Assembly (NCBI GenBank): GCA_037379345.1
Contig: CM074519.1
Span: 31,584,103-31,648,102, forward strand
From: Perna viridis
Lineage: Eukaryota
DNA: 64,000 nucleotides
Direction: 5' to 3'
Shown one piece after another: positions 27,157 through 39,834 of this stretch. Below the pieces are notes generated by a model. It was not told the origin of the DNA. It made no database searches and saw only the letters and a list, made by a program, of their open reading frames with translations. How positions within the stretch are numbered: the stretch's first letter is position 1; each line of letters opens with the position of its first letter. Position numbers and translations under genes: made by a program.

Positions 27157-30100
27157 ATGTCCACACGACATCAACTTCCGGGACAGATATTTTCTGTAGA
27201 CCTAACAAGGGGCAACACAGGGAGAACCTTTCACAGACATGGTAAGCAGTTAACATAAGTTTACATAAGTTATGTCATTAAATACATGCTACGTTTTATT
27301 TCGATAAATATGTATAACTATATATATAATAGGATATTATACACCGTAAAATTTAAGGTTTTAACTGAGTAATGAATTACATTTTGGCCTTATTTTCAAC
27401 TTTGACAGAATAAAGAGCTTACCTGATTTATATATTGTGTGAATGTTTTTGAATGTATTTTACACACATTGCAAAAATAAATACAACTTTTATGAATCCT
27501 TCAGTTCATTACAATGATTGGGGTTCCTATGGTTTAAAGAAAAAAAATTATCGTGTTCTTACACAAAACCTTTGATTTTAAGATAAATGCTAAGTAAAGC
27601 AAAGAAACGTATGAGATTTGGTTTTCCTGATTAACGTTCAAGTTTAATCATATCATATGTTTAAGGAAAACACAAACCTTTATTAGTGTGTTCTATATGT
27701 ATGTATCATATATTCAGTTGAAATATACTTTTTTCGTATATACATTAAACGTACTTGTTAAACCCTTTATCGTTTACACAATATCACACCTCTAGACCTA
27801 TATCACATACCCTATATTACACCCCTAGATCTATATTTCTAGAATACCATTTATCACGTCCCTTCACGGAATTTACTTGAAGTATAGTTAAAATATATGA
27901 TATAATGAACATGACTTGTCCAAATCTGTATCCCATGTGGTATCAACCATTGGCCAATATCACACCGCGACCCGGTGGCCCTAGGGATGATATAGGGGTC
28001 TCGGGTTGATCTGTATCCCATGTGGTGTCAACCATTGGCCAATATCACACCGCGACCCGGTGGCCCTAGGGATGATATAGGGGTCTCGGGTTGATACAGC
28101 ATGTCGTACAGATTTCGACAAGTAAAATTCAGTATGTATTAGTTTTCTGGTATTGGGATATTTACGTTAAATCAAAATGTATACAATAACGTTTGTACGT
28201 GTATACGTCACCAATTCACTCAGTGAGCAGTTGTTTTCTATTACGTCAATGTCGCAGAAGCTTTTAACGTAGAATAAATTTCACCTTTGATTTCCCCCGC
28301 AAGAACCACTGAAAGCATCAATTACAAAGGCTTGAAAATCCAATGGCGCACAAATACAACATTTGCAGTAAATTACTTCATAATCAATCATTTAGTAATA
28401 CGTTAAGACAAGCGGGTTATTGTTGAAGCAATTTTATATTCATTTATTATGAGTTAACCTTCGCAGCTTTGCCTCAACTCACATATTGGCGACAAACAGC
28501 TTGTGCTATCCTGATGGTAAAGGCTAATTTGTATTTGGCGTTCAACCTGTGAAATTCTAGTATCAGTGTATCAATTCATGGTTTCAAAAATGGTGACGAG
28601 AAAGGATCGCACACTTAAACATTTAAATTTATCTTTTCTTCATCCAGATGTTGATACGAATCAACGTATTCAGCAGACAGGACGTGATAAAATAAAGCTG
28701 AACATTCGAGGAAGACGATTCGAAGTATTATCGGCAACCCTTATGAATGTACCTAATACTAGGCTTTCGACGCTCGACAAAAACTCAATTTTCTATGACA
28801 TTGCAAGAGACGAGTACTTTTTCGACAGGGACCCAGATGTGTTTAATTCTATTCTTAATTTATATACCATGGGAAAGCTTCATATTCCTAAAAATATATG
28901 TGGGGCAGTGATGAAAGAAGAAATGAAATTTTGGAGAATACCACATCAACAAGTGTCTGAGTGTTGTTTACGAACTTTCTATCAAGTTGAAGAAGATCAG
29001 GGCATGATTGAAGAAATCAAAAGTGCGTATGAATACACAGAAAGCTTACAAACGGAAGATGATTGGAAAATGAAAGCATGGTTAGTTTTTGATCAGCCAG
29101 GTTCTTCATTATTTGCAAAGGTAACTCATAAGCTATTCATATATGTTTTTGTTTGTTAAATGTTTAGTTTATCGTGAACAGTACTTGTTTTTTCACGATA
29201 CATCGATATAGTTTGGTATACTGATGTCCTAACGCGCGTTGTAAGACAAGAGAAGAATATTTAAGGAATTTAGTTCTCGGAATGTCTTTGGAAAATATAT
29301 ATCTAAAGTAACTGATGTTCTCTTTGCCTTTCAGTTAACAGTTTCTTTTCTGTCTTTAAAAAGTTTAATGACATATTAATGGTGCTATATCATGTGTGTT
29401 AGCATAGTTTTGGGTTTGAACATTAATAGCTTGCTCGAAAAAAATATTGCTCTTGGCTAATGACTAGATGGTACGCCTGTATTATATTGTAGTATAAAAG
29501 GTCTTTGTTTCGTTGGTTTATATGCCCTTGTATCGTTTTATTTAAATTGCATGATGGGATGTATTGTATATTTACAGGTTTGGCATGTATTTTACATGGT
29601 CGTATTAGTTTTGAGCGCCGTAGTGTACTGCCTATGGACGACACCATCTCTCCGTACATCACTTTACCTCTCAACTATAACACCTGACGACTATCCCTTC
29701 TTAAAAAGCGGAGCAAGTTTAAAGCTTAAGCAGTTAATCCTCATGGACCCTATACCTCTTCTTTTTGCTCTTGAAATATTCTGTTTGCTCATTTTTACTA
29801 TTGAATGGACTCTTCATTTCTCATTTTGTCCTGAAAAAGTGAAATTTCTTAAAAGGCCTTTAAACTTCATCAATGGCTTGCTTGTCGTTTGCATGTGGAT
29901 ATCTTTTGGTTTGGAGTTTGCAAAAGGGCACTTGGCAGCAAACTCTACAACGAGAGAACTTTATTTTGTATGTAAAGCTGTGAATATGATCCGACTTATT
30001 CTTTTTCTTAGACTCGAGAGACAGATCAGTACACTACGGGTACTTATCATGAGCGTCAAGGGAAGCTATAAGGAACTATGTCTTCTGTTAATCTCTTTCG

Positions 30101-30426
30101 GAATGGCGACCATGATTTTTTCGACTCTTATTTACTACGCAGAAATACACACCGATGAAAGCTTTGACAGCATTCAGATTTGCATGTGGTGGTCAGTTAT
30201 TACCATGACAACAGTTGGATATGGAGACAAAGTTCCGTCAACAAGTATTGGTTACATTATTGGTGTGTTTTGTGCAATTTGTGGACTATTGTTGTTAGCC
30301 ATGCCTATTGCAATAATAGCATCAAACTTTTCTGAGTATTATTCTCATCAGAAAAATCGAAACAGATATATAATGGCTATCAAGAAGGAATTTGATACAG
30401 TGTCAACAAACAAATGCGGGCAGTAA
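27157..30426 (+). CDS. Voltage-gated potassium channel alpha subunit, Shaw/Kv3-like (about 468 aa); exons 27157-27241, 28648-29120, 29578-30426
   Basis: T1/BTB domain (EYFFDRDPDVFNSILN; HX5CX20CC Zn motif), S1-S6, pore TMTTVGYGD at about 30202-30228; GT-AG junctions with phases 1 and 0; in-frame stop upstream of ATG 27157. Exon 1 is less certain than exons 2-3. Confidence 0.92.
27914..28123. mobile_element. Palindromic MITE with an internal 85-bp tandem duplication (in Kv intron)
   Basis: Inverted ends acttgtccaaatctgta / tacagatttcgacaagt; 27926-28010 repeated at 28011-28095. Confidence 0.75.
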
Positions 30427-31419
30427 ATAATATGAAAATTAGTAGAACTGCTCCAGTCAGTCAGTGATTCTGTAATCTAAAATGCACTTGCTTCCGGCAA
30501 GCCGTCTGCTACTTAAGTCTAGTTGTGTGTAAGAATCGGGCAAAATGGAAAAAAATAGAAACATGCATGTCAATGTCGAAATTTTTTGATAGAATGTCAG
30601 AAAAATTAAGTTTTTAGAGTTATCTGCCCTTCAAATGTTCATTTTCAGTGCATTTTAATGAAATTGTAATTAAATGGTCCAGCATGATATGGAGAATTTT
30701 GTCTGTTTTCCTTGATTCTGATGGTGCAAATAGTCAAATTACACTTTCAAAATGATGACGTTTTCATACTATGTTTCAAGTACTGTTTGTTTCTTACAAG
30801 GACTGACACTTAAGTGATAAGAAATGCTCAATTGTCCATTGCTGATATTTAGAAATACAATATGCATGATTCGTTGACAAATATTGAAGCATAAAAAAGA
30901 GATGACGCAGATGGTTTGCCGCATGTGCAACTTGCAAATCATGTAACATTAAATTGACTATTCTATTTTCATATTATTTTTATAGAAAAGGTATCGTAAT
31001 CATCATATTTATATTTATAATGTTTCTTAGAAGCTTATTTAACATGCGAGACCTCAGTAAAAACTGCAAAGCATGATTAGGACTTTTTTGTAATAATCTA
31101 ATGCAAATGGCGTGTTACGTAATTAGTAATATACATTTCACTAACATAAAATGCAATATCCAAGCAACGAGTTGTTACAGTATTGATTAAGGTAATATTG
31201 AACAAATTTTTTAAATGATATTCTTAGAACTTCTACATTTTATGTTTTTACTTGCATTAATCACAAGTCTGGTCTGACTCCTCAGTTGAATGTTTATAGA
31301 AGACTGTATTATTTAACGAGTTTAATGAACCAAAATACATTACAAGTAATTTTATTTTCAATTTACTGGTAAAGTTTCCTATTACGTACAATATTATTAG
31401 ATCTAATGAAACCTGTAAA

Positions 31420-31682
31420 GAGGGCAATATTTATGAGCATCGCGGTGGGTGTTTCTAGAAATGCAAAGGACGCTTACCCTACCGGTGCACCTGGTCCGTT
31501 CTCCAAGGTTTTAGTGGAGACTGAGTTGTTTATTTACTTTGCACATAACTTTGTATGTATTATTTTTTGGTTATTTTATGTTTTTTTTTATTGTTAGTGT
31601 CTGTTTTTCATGTCTGCTCTTTGTCCCTAGATTACATTCTACTGATTTCCGCTAGAATCTTGGTTTCTTTGATTACTCTTTA
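31420..31682 (+). mobile_element. Naiad 3'-end fragment
   Basis: atgagcat..gggtgtttctagaaa..gacgcttaccctaccggtgcacctggtcc...ttgattactctt. Confidence 0.85.
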
Positions 31683-31779
31683 TTGGGAAATTGTTTCATC
31701 TGACGTAGCGAAATTCCGTCTATTTTAGTCATTCATTAACAAAATATATCAACAGGACTTTGTTTTGTATACCGACATG

Positions 31780-32185
31780 TATCCAATAACTCTTCAGGGT
31801 AGTAGAGCGACAGTTACAATTAACTATATCAAAATAATTCATCTAGGTAGTAGAGCGACCGATACAATTACCTGTATCAAAATAACTCCTTTGCGTAGTA
31901 GAGAGACAGTTACAATTACTTGTATCAAAATAATGCTTCTGGGTAGTGGAGCGACAGTTACAATTACCTATATCAAAATAACTCATCTAGGTAGTAGAGC
32001 GACAGTTACAATTACTTGTATCAAAATAACTCTTCTGGGTAGTAGAGCCACGGTTACAATTAACTGTATCAAACTAACTCTTCTAGATAGAAGAGCTACC
32101 GATTCGATTACCTGTATCATAATAACTCATCTGGGTAGTAGAGCGACAGACAAAATTACCTGTATCAATATAACTCTTCTGGATA
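31780..32185. repeat. 48-bp minisatellite, about 8 copies
   Basis: Unit approximately tcttctgggtagtagagcgacagttacaattacctgtatcaaaataac; explains the 16-aa periodic ORF. Confidence 0.9.
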
Positions 32186-32851
32186 CTGGAAAGTTACCGT
32201 TGTATTTAACATAAAAGCAATAAGCTAAAATCGAGATATAGTAATGTAACTCAAAGTTGTTTTCTTAGTTCTCAGTAAAATGTATGCTATTTCCTTTGAT
32301 GTGAGCAGAGCACTTTTAGCACTATTAATTGCAAGAGAGATTGTGTAGAAGGTATTTGTTTATTAATTATTTTCATTCTAGTAATATGTTGAAAACAAAG
32401 GCATTCTTCCAAAGAGACGAATGCATGCCTGAGAACCTTAACTTATTTACTTATAATGGACTTATAAATGACTTATCAATTCAGATAAAATGTTCTATTC
32501 TTTTTATTAAATAAGAGCTCATTTGTGGTGTTTTATCATTTGACAACAAGTTGGTTTGTGTCATACAAATTTCATGTTAACTTTACTGACCTAACGCATT
32601 AAGGAAATAGTTACATGGTATATTCTATTTGTACTAGTGTTTTTTAAAATTGATATATCTTATCATCATAAAACTGTTTCTTGTATGTACAGTGTAAAGT
32701 GACAGAAGGATGATATTTAATTTTTTTAAAAATCTATACTACATGATTTGAAAAAGATGCCGCCAAAGCATGTGTAACCAAAAACAAACCAAATAGTGTG
32801 CGTTCTATTTCTTTTCACCACGAGTACTTTTTACTAATCAGTAGACCTTTT

Positions 32852-32960
32852 TCACAAAAAGTCGTAAGTTAAAAATTAGCCGCGAGTTATGGGGTCTAAA
32901 AGATCAATGTACTGTGACGTCATAACTTACCACTGATTTTACACTTACGACTTTTTGAGA
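32852..32960. mobile_element. Small hairpin MITE
   Basis: caaaaagtcgtaagt ... acttacgactttttg inverted termini. Confidence 0.65.
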
Positions 32961-33729
32961 TTTGACCACAGAGTTTTTATCAAGGTTTAAAGTGACTAAT
33001 GGAAGCTAAGGTTTTAACCAATTTCCAAAAAAGAACTCTTTGAGTTCCTTCCCACAATCTAGTCACTATGTGAGGCAACATTAGCTTTTAAACCTCCCCC
33101 TACTCGATAACAAATTATGAAATATGGAATATTTTTTCTGGTTTTATTATCAACAGTATTGCCCAATATTACCATTGTCTTGATCTACAGGAGTAGTGTG
33201 TTTCAGGATCATAAACCTTTCCATACGCAGAAGAGAAAGTTCTAAGCAGGAAATCACTGAGCTACATAATATAACTTTTGTCTCGCTGCTCAAGTTCAAT
33301 GTTATAGACATAACTGTTGACTGAAGCAGCAAGAGGAACTCAGTGACGGAAAAATAACACTAGAGGTCTGAGGTCATACCAGGAAACTTGATGTTTTTTG
33401 TATAAACCTAACGCTAATTTACTTTCTGACTTCAATATTGGAACCATTTGTGTTACAGTTCCGTGTAAAAGAGTAATCAAGGGAACATAGGGAATACACC
33501 TATGTTATTTTTTTATTACTGAAGTGTACTCAACACGCATTTTTATATGCTTCTCAAACTATTAAGTCCATATTCTTAGATATAAATAGTGCTCAGTTCT
33601 GTATAAATGTTTCATAATGACATTCTACATTTTTTTTTTTTTTTGCTTGCGAGATTCATTTATTGTGTGTGGTTTATTCATTTTTTGCTTGCGTGATTCA
33701 TTTATTGTGTGTGGTATATTCATTTTCAT

Positions 33730-33849
33730 TGTTATTTATATATAGTTCGATATTTGGATATAGTACAATGTTATTTAGATAAAGTTCGATAGCTGGATAT
33801 AGTACAATGTTATTTAGATTAAGTTCTATAGTTGGATATAGTACAATGA
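33730..33849. repeat. 39-bp tandem repeat x3
   Basis: ttatttagataaagttcgatagctggatatagtacaatg. Confidence 0.8.
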
Positions 33850-34006
33850 AATATTGAAACGATGCATTCAGTACGTTGAATGACTTAACAAGTCTACACT
33901 TTTCATTGTATGATTTAGACATTTTGTTTGCTACAAATAGCAACAATTTAATATTAGGATCATTTAATGAAACAAACAGAACATATTTCCCTTTTTCTTT
34001 AACGTA

Positions 34007-34537
34007 TCATTTATTTACTATTGTCTGAAATTCTTTTAGATTTGCACCGTCTTCCCATAGAGTGCCATGTACAGTCCTCGCCGCATATTCCGAATGTGTA
34101 ATCCAAGACAGTCCTTTATCTGACTGGTACTGTACAAGTTTGTATTTACCGGAGGCTTCCTGTATGAAAATTGCTACTGCAAAATCGAATGAACTTTTTA
34201 TTACTTGGTAACCTTCAGGGGTCAAACGGTCAACGTAATCGAAAACTTCCGGGTTATTCATATCACACAAGTTACCTTTACAAATCGGAATTCCATATCG
34301 ATCAAAAAATCCTTTCACATCGCAAACAACATCTTTAAAGAGGTGGTTTTCTCTAAAGTAAAGAACCAATCTCCACACTTCCCATAATTCTTTCATACAG
34401 GTGATTTCGCCATGCTTTTTGAATGAAAACGAGGTTGATTCCTTGAACAAATCATCGAACTTCCATGTTTGATTTGGAGTGACAACAACTTGAATTGTGT
34501 CTAAAGTATTATTTGTAATGTCAATAGCATTTCCCAT
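34007..34537 (-). CDS. Uncharacterised 176-aa protein, CDS in a single exon
   Basis: Long non-repetitive ORF with globular composition in AT-rich DNA; aaaATGG start context; splice acceptor 24 nt upstream (tttgtag|34561) and a probable non-coding 5' exon donor at 35655. Confidence 0.75.
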   Translation of the reverse strand: MGNAIDITNNTLDTIQVVVTPNQTWKFDDLFKESTSFSFKKHGEITCMKELWEVWRLVLYFRENHLFKDVVCDVKGFFDRYGIPICKGNLCDMNNPEVFDYVDRLTPEGYQVIKSSFDFAVAIFIQEASGKYKLVQYQSDKGLSWITHSEYAARTVHGTLWEDGANLKEFQTIVNK

Positions 34538-36087
34538 TTTCTCTTCCTCCTGCAGGGTTGTCTACAAATATAAACAAGGCAATTAACATCCCGTTAAAAT
34601 GTTATACATTTATCTCTTTATACGAACACACCTAGTAAAATAGAATTATTTATTTCTTACATCAAAACAACTATAACTCGAAGTATCACGTCAATACATT
34701 ACCATGAACTATCCCAAGAAATCTCAAATATCATTCCCATTTTTACAAACAGACTCTAATATCTATACTGACTTTACTTGGAAATTAAATTTATCACCAT
34801 AAGTAATTAATCTTTTAAAAACAATTGTCATAGGTACATTTATTGTGGTAAACATTCTATTAATTAGGTTATTATTGTATAACGCCAATCATCGAAAATA
34901 CATAAGAAAAACAATGTTTTGAATTCCTAGTTAAATGGTTTTCAAATATGTACGCCATTTAAAACACAAACGATGTCATACTATAACTTTTAACACATGA
35001 ATATTTATTCAACTTACATATTTTTTGGTCATATTGATCGCAATTGACATTTGTGTTAATACTTTGATATTCGAGTCTGAAGCATTGTACTTAACTATTT
35101 TATGAAAAGTTCAATTAAGCACGTATGCTTCCCTTGATCTGACATATTTTAATGATAATTTAAAAAAATGCCAAGTACGTTTTTTTCTCATATAAACAAT
35201 TTGATAAATTATTTGTTTGAGTGACTTATCTTAGCATCTCGCATCTGTTTAGAAATGAAACAAAAGATTCGAAATCTGAAATTCTTCACCAAAGGGATTT
35301 AAGTTAGATATATAAACAAAATGGTTTTCATGCCTACCTGTAAATAGTCTAGCATAAAAATCAATGTTAAAAAACAAGATAAGTTGACATTTTGATGGTT
35401 GAAAAAAATCGAATGATCTGCCCCCTTCCACCATTTCCTGTTTTAGATCCCAGTGTTACCAGTAATATGTCTTTTGAAAAAAATTAAAAGATCTACTTTG
35501 TTTTGTTATGGATAATTTTCTTGCTTTTCTTCGGAATCATGGTAGTTGATATAAACTTTCACTAGTGTAAAAGAAAAAAAAACAAAAATGTCCAGGAAAA
35601 CTCCAGGAATTACTGATAAGTTTAAAAGCTACAACATCCCGAAAATGAACTTACCTTCAGGATTTATTTTATTCCGCCTGTACTAAAATCTGCGGATAAC
35701 TTTACCTAAGTTAGAAAATATACCTTTTAAGCAGGAAATAGTTATTATACAGCGGGTAAAACAAGACAGGATATATTATGATAAAAATCCTTATATGAAA
35801 ATCTACTTAAATAATGTCCACATTGTTAACGTACTAAGTATTTCATTAATCATAGTGTACTGTTGATATATTATACTTTTGTCTTACTAGGGTGAAGGTT
35901 AAGGTAAACTATACTCAACAAAAAAGTTAAGTGCCACTTAGTTTTCTTAATATTCTAAAGTTATGAAATAAATTTGATACGAAAATCGTTAAATCATTAT
36001 CATTTATTAATGATTTTTTCGTTTGTAATGGTAATTAATTTATAGAAATATATATATAAACGTCTCAGAATGCGACTACTCTATTCG

Positions 36088-36614
36088 CTACACTGCTCCA
36101 TCGGACCAAATTGATGTAAAAAGATAATGTAAGCATAGAAGGGTCTGAAAAATTCCCAACGATGTTAGAAGTGTCAAATTTGCGAAGCAAATTTTTGATC
36201 GTTCCCTCCGCAGGACTCGCTCGTACTGCTGTAACATCTATGGCAACACTGCCTGCACAAAGTCCAGCGCCCTAGACCACGTGGCCAGCTAGGCTATCTA
36301 AAAATATAGCTTTTGCTGGCCAGGTCATTCCTCTTTGTAGGATTAATCTAGGGCTGTAACTTAGTACACGATATAAGTTATATGTAATAGGAACAGCTCA
36401 TCTGGGTGTTGTTATGTAGGATAGAAGATCATATTAACGATACCTGTCACAACAAATTAATATTCCCTACACTGCTCCATCGGATCAAATTGATACAGGG
36501 AAGGTAACGTAAGCATGGAAGCGTCTGAAAAATTCCCAGTAATATTAGAACTGTCAAATTCACGATGATGAGCTGTCCCGTACTACCACACATCGGGTAC
36601 TAAGTTACAGCCCT
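36088..36614. mobile_element. Composite repeat: direct plus inverted segments around a tRNA-Leu-like head (minus strand, about 36200-36295)
   Basis: About 95-bp direct repeat 36088-36180 / 36467-36560; inverted repeat agggctgtaacttagtac 36350-36372 vs 36592-36614; minus strand gctggccacgtggtctagggcgctggact carries an A-box. Confidence 0.55.
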
Positions 36615-36849
36615 ATATATATAATCATTTTTAGATGAATCCTGGTTCTTTGTCTGTGCACTCTCTGCACTATCGAATTTCAGATTTTTTGTTCAGTAGT
36701 AGTGGGTCTTAGAAACTTTAAATCATACATAATTGAATGAACCTAATATTTTAATAGTAAATTAGCTTGAACTGTGCCCTTGAATGAAGGTGTCTATTTA
36801 AATGACCACAGAGTTGAAGAGTTGAAGCTCCATTGTAAATAATTCAGTT

Positions 36850-38760
36850 GATGAATTCATTTTACAAGCCTATTGTTAATCCTGGGCCATTCCCTTTCAA
36901 CAAGGTAAAGGTCACTGTCAACTCTTTGTAATATGCTCTCTGCATAGTAATACCGCCATATTTAAAAAATTCAGTCTGTCCAAATTGTCGTCTACAGTAA
37001 AACCAACATTATTGCCCGTAGATTCTTTAACTAAACAAATGCGTTGAAGGTCTAAATTATAGAAGCGTACATCCAAAACCCTATCACTTATGATTGTACT
37101 AAATTTTCTTTCGTTTACTACTCCTCTTGCCATATCGTCATTGGTGATCTTGACATTATTCGAAATGTGAATCTCCAAAAAGTAATATTTCATGGGCCAA
37201 AGACCAGAGAACTGCAACAGGTAAACTGGTACGATAATTTTAAAATCCTAATGGACGCAGTTGAAAATTATGCAAAAGCATGGACAAAGAGAGAGTAGGA
37301 ACAGAAACCAGAACTCGACTCACTGACAAATTGGGTAAAATAAGTCTTTGGTACGATGTCGCATTAACAACCTCAAGCACTGCATGAATGACTGACCTTA
37401 ATTTGTATTCAAAGACATTGAAGCTGCAAAATATCTCTCCTCTCTAATGAGAAATATGTGTCTTACCTGCAAAAAAAACCCTCTAATAATGTTGTGTTTG
37501 CATTTAAAGTCCGTTAGTTCGAATGCTTAATAAAAAGGCTAGGAATAAAGGATGATATGGGTATTATTATTTAGATAGCAGTGATTTACCGAAAGTTCCC
37601 AGTGTAACAAAAATCGATAATTTACACTGAGAAATAAATTCGGTAATTTCACATTCACAATATCAATCCACCGTTCACAAAATATAAAATTCATATTGAA
37701 AATAGTAATGAATAATAGAGGAAATCTATATAATTAATAGGATAATCAATTGGTTATCGTGAATAATTAAAATATAATCACTCGTGATAAGAAAGCTTGA
37801 AGATTTAACTCGTGCGCGGAACAAGTTCTGCACGTTTGTTAAATCTAGGCGTTCTTCGGCACTCGTGACCATATTTTGCTTATTCACACTTTCCCATAAT
37901 TTATCCTATTAATCCTAAATACAAACGCAGTACGTTAAACAAGGATGAAGTCATAGATAACCACAAGTTCTTTATGGCCTTTAATATTCCTTCAATTTAG
38001 TAGTCTGAGGACTTACTTTTTTACATCCGTAACTACATAAAAATCCATACAGGCAAAGGAACATAGGATCGTCCACTTGTTCAACAACCTAGCTGTCTGT
38101 ACAGCTCACCGCAATGAAGAAGGACAGTAAAATACAGTGAAATCGTTTTCTTGCGTAGTGGTATTAATTATATCTTTTAGATCTTTTAGATAATTTTAAA
38201 TCTCACGTAAATCTTTGCTGTTACCAAAACCTTTGGTTTTCCAACTTATATACAGCTTTGCCCCTCACATAAAGAATTTAACTACAAGAATGTTAATTCT
38301 CACAAATTTGTTGTTTAGGCTTTATTCAACATTTTTCACCACTACAGAGAAAAAAGGGTTGCTACAACGAACAACGAACAACAGGAGATCAGTAAGCCAA
38401 AGCATCTCCTCTACAATATATTTGTCACTTTTGACTGAACTACTTTTCAACAAAGAATTGGCATTCCAATGGGCAATAGCTGATCTGTTTTTATTCTTAT
38501 GAATCGGAGTTTCTTCAAAATCTTGTAAAGACAAAAAGGTTAAAGAGCTTAGATCTTTTAATTTCACATGTCGATATATTGACGATGTTGCCTCCTGTAA
38601 TAATCCTAAATTTGGAGAATGGCTTCCATTTATTTATACAACAGATCACTAGAAAGATTACTGATACAGCTTCCTCTGCGTCTTTTTAGACCTTAGCCTC
38701 GAATTTGACGGCAGCAGGCATTTCAGTACAAAAAAATGTATGACTAACGAGATATTTTAC
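36850..38760 (+). mobile_element. Old Naiad copy (CxC linker plus RT) interrupted by MITE insertions
   Basis: IPPYLKNS, TYDCTKFSFVYYSSCHIVIGDLDII, GPKTRE, NFKILMDAVENYAKAW, GIPMG, RYIDDV remnants. Confidence 0.8.
37734..37912. mobile_element. Palindromic MITE nested in the Naiad copy
   Basis: ttaataggataa ... ttatcctattaa termini with internal dyad symmetry. Confidence 0.7.
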
Positions 38761-39395
38761 TGTTTGTTTTGAATGTGTTATGAATCATTATATAAGAGGT
38801 TTTTTTTACCATTTTCCGTATTTTACAATTTAAGTTTGTATGACCTTTTTTTGTCAAGCTGTATTGCGTTTTAATACTTCTATTTGATCACATAACTTAA
38901 TTGAGTGAGTAAGTTTTTCAATGTTTACTCTATGGTCATTGTTAATTACGTCATCTGCTTTAATATTGTCTTAAATCTTTGCTTTTACGCTCCTCCTTAC
39001 AATAATAGAGGAGAAAACACATATGTAGAGTTTTAAATTTTAAAAGTCCCTTGTGAAGAACACTAAAACATCGTTATTTAAAAAATGACACATTTTACTT
39101 ATTTTTATTCAAATTTCAACATCATAGCAAACGAGCCTCGGCCAGTTTGTTATAATGTTTTCTACAATGACAATATCCTCTTGTTATTGTAGAAAAAAGT
39201 TTCATAACTCAAATTTCACGAGTAATTTTTTTTCGACATGGTTACTCTGACATCTACCATGTTGGATATTTTAGCGATCGTCCTTCTATGAAGACGCCAG
39301 TTGTTAGGGGAGAATGACGCTTTCGACAAATGAGATGTTATTGACTATTAGTTGAAATCATGCAACAGCAAAACACAACGGCGAGTATTAATACC

Positions 39396-39616
39396 TTAAG
39401 GTAGTAGACCTAGCGTAAGGGACAAAACCCTTACAAATCATTGGAACGTTTGCATTCAGCATTTTACATCAATCTCATGTAAGCATCAAAGATAACTTAT
39501 ACTAATTTTATTCTTTTTCAAATAAAAGCTTGATAGGCTTTGATGAAATTGAATATGATACAAATATATCACTGATTTCAAGAGTAATGTCCCTTACCGT
39601 AAGTCTGCCTCCTTAA
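39396..39616. mobile_element. TTAA-flanked MITE (Kolobok/piggyBac-like)
   Basis: ttaaggtagtagacctagcgtaagggaca vs tgtcccttaccgtaagtctgcctccttaa. Confidence 0.7.
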
Positions 39617-39834
39617 TGAAACTTTTAGGTTGACCATGCTTTAAAACTGTCCAGCTGTTAACGAGTTATACCAAACTCCAATATTGTTATCGTAATTATA
39701 ATTCTCTGGTGACATTCATTATTGAAAGTTCTAAATATGTATCAAAAAGACAATGTTAAAGCAGTGCTACTACCACAGAGCTGGTTGTGTGAATAACGTC
39801 CGAGTAAAATTGTTGAAATTTTCAACAACGTTAC

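Noticed and set aside
28566-28647. ORF-track N-terminus of the Kv gene (MYQFMVSK...)
   Set aside because: It contains a strong pyrimidine tract and a cag acceptor at 28647, so it is more likely intron read-through.
31765-32214. 149-aa Thr/Ile-rich repeat ORF (antifreeze-like appearance)
   Set aside because: It is a 48-bp minisatellite with no signal peptide or splice support.
36200-36295. Functional tRNA gene
   Set aside because: The B-box and cloverleaf are degenerate and the segment is embedded in a repeat.
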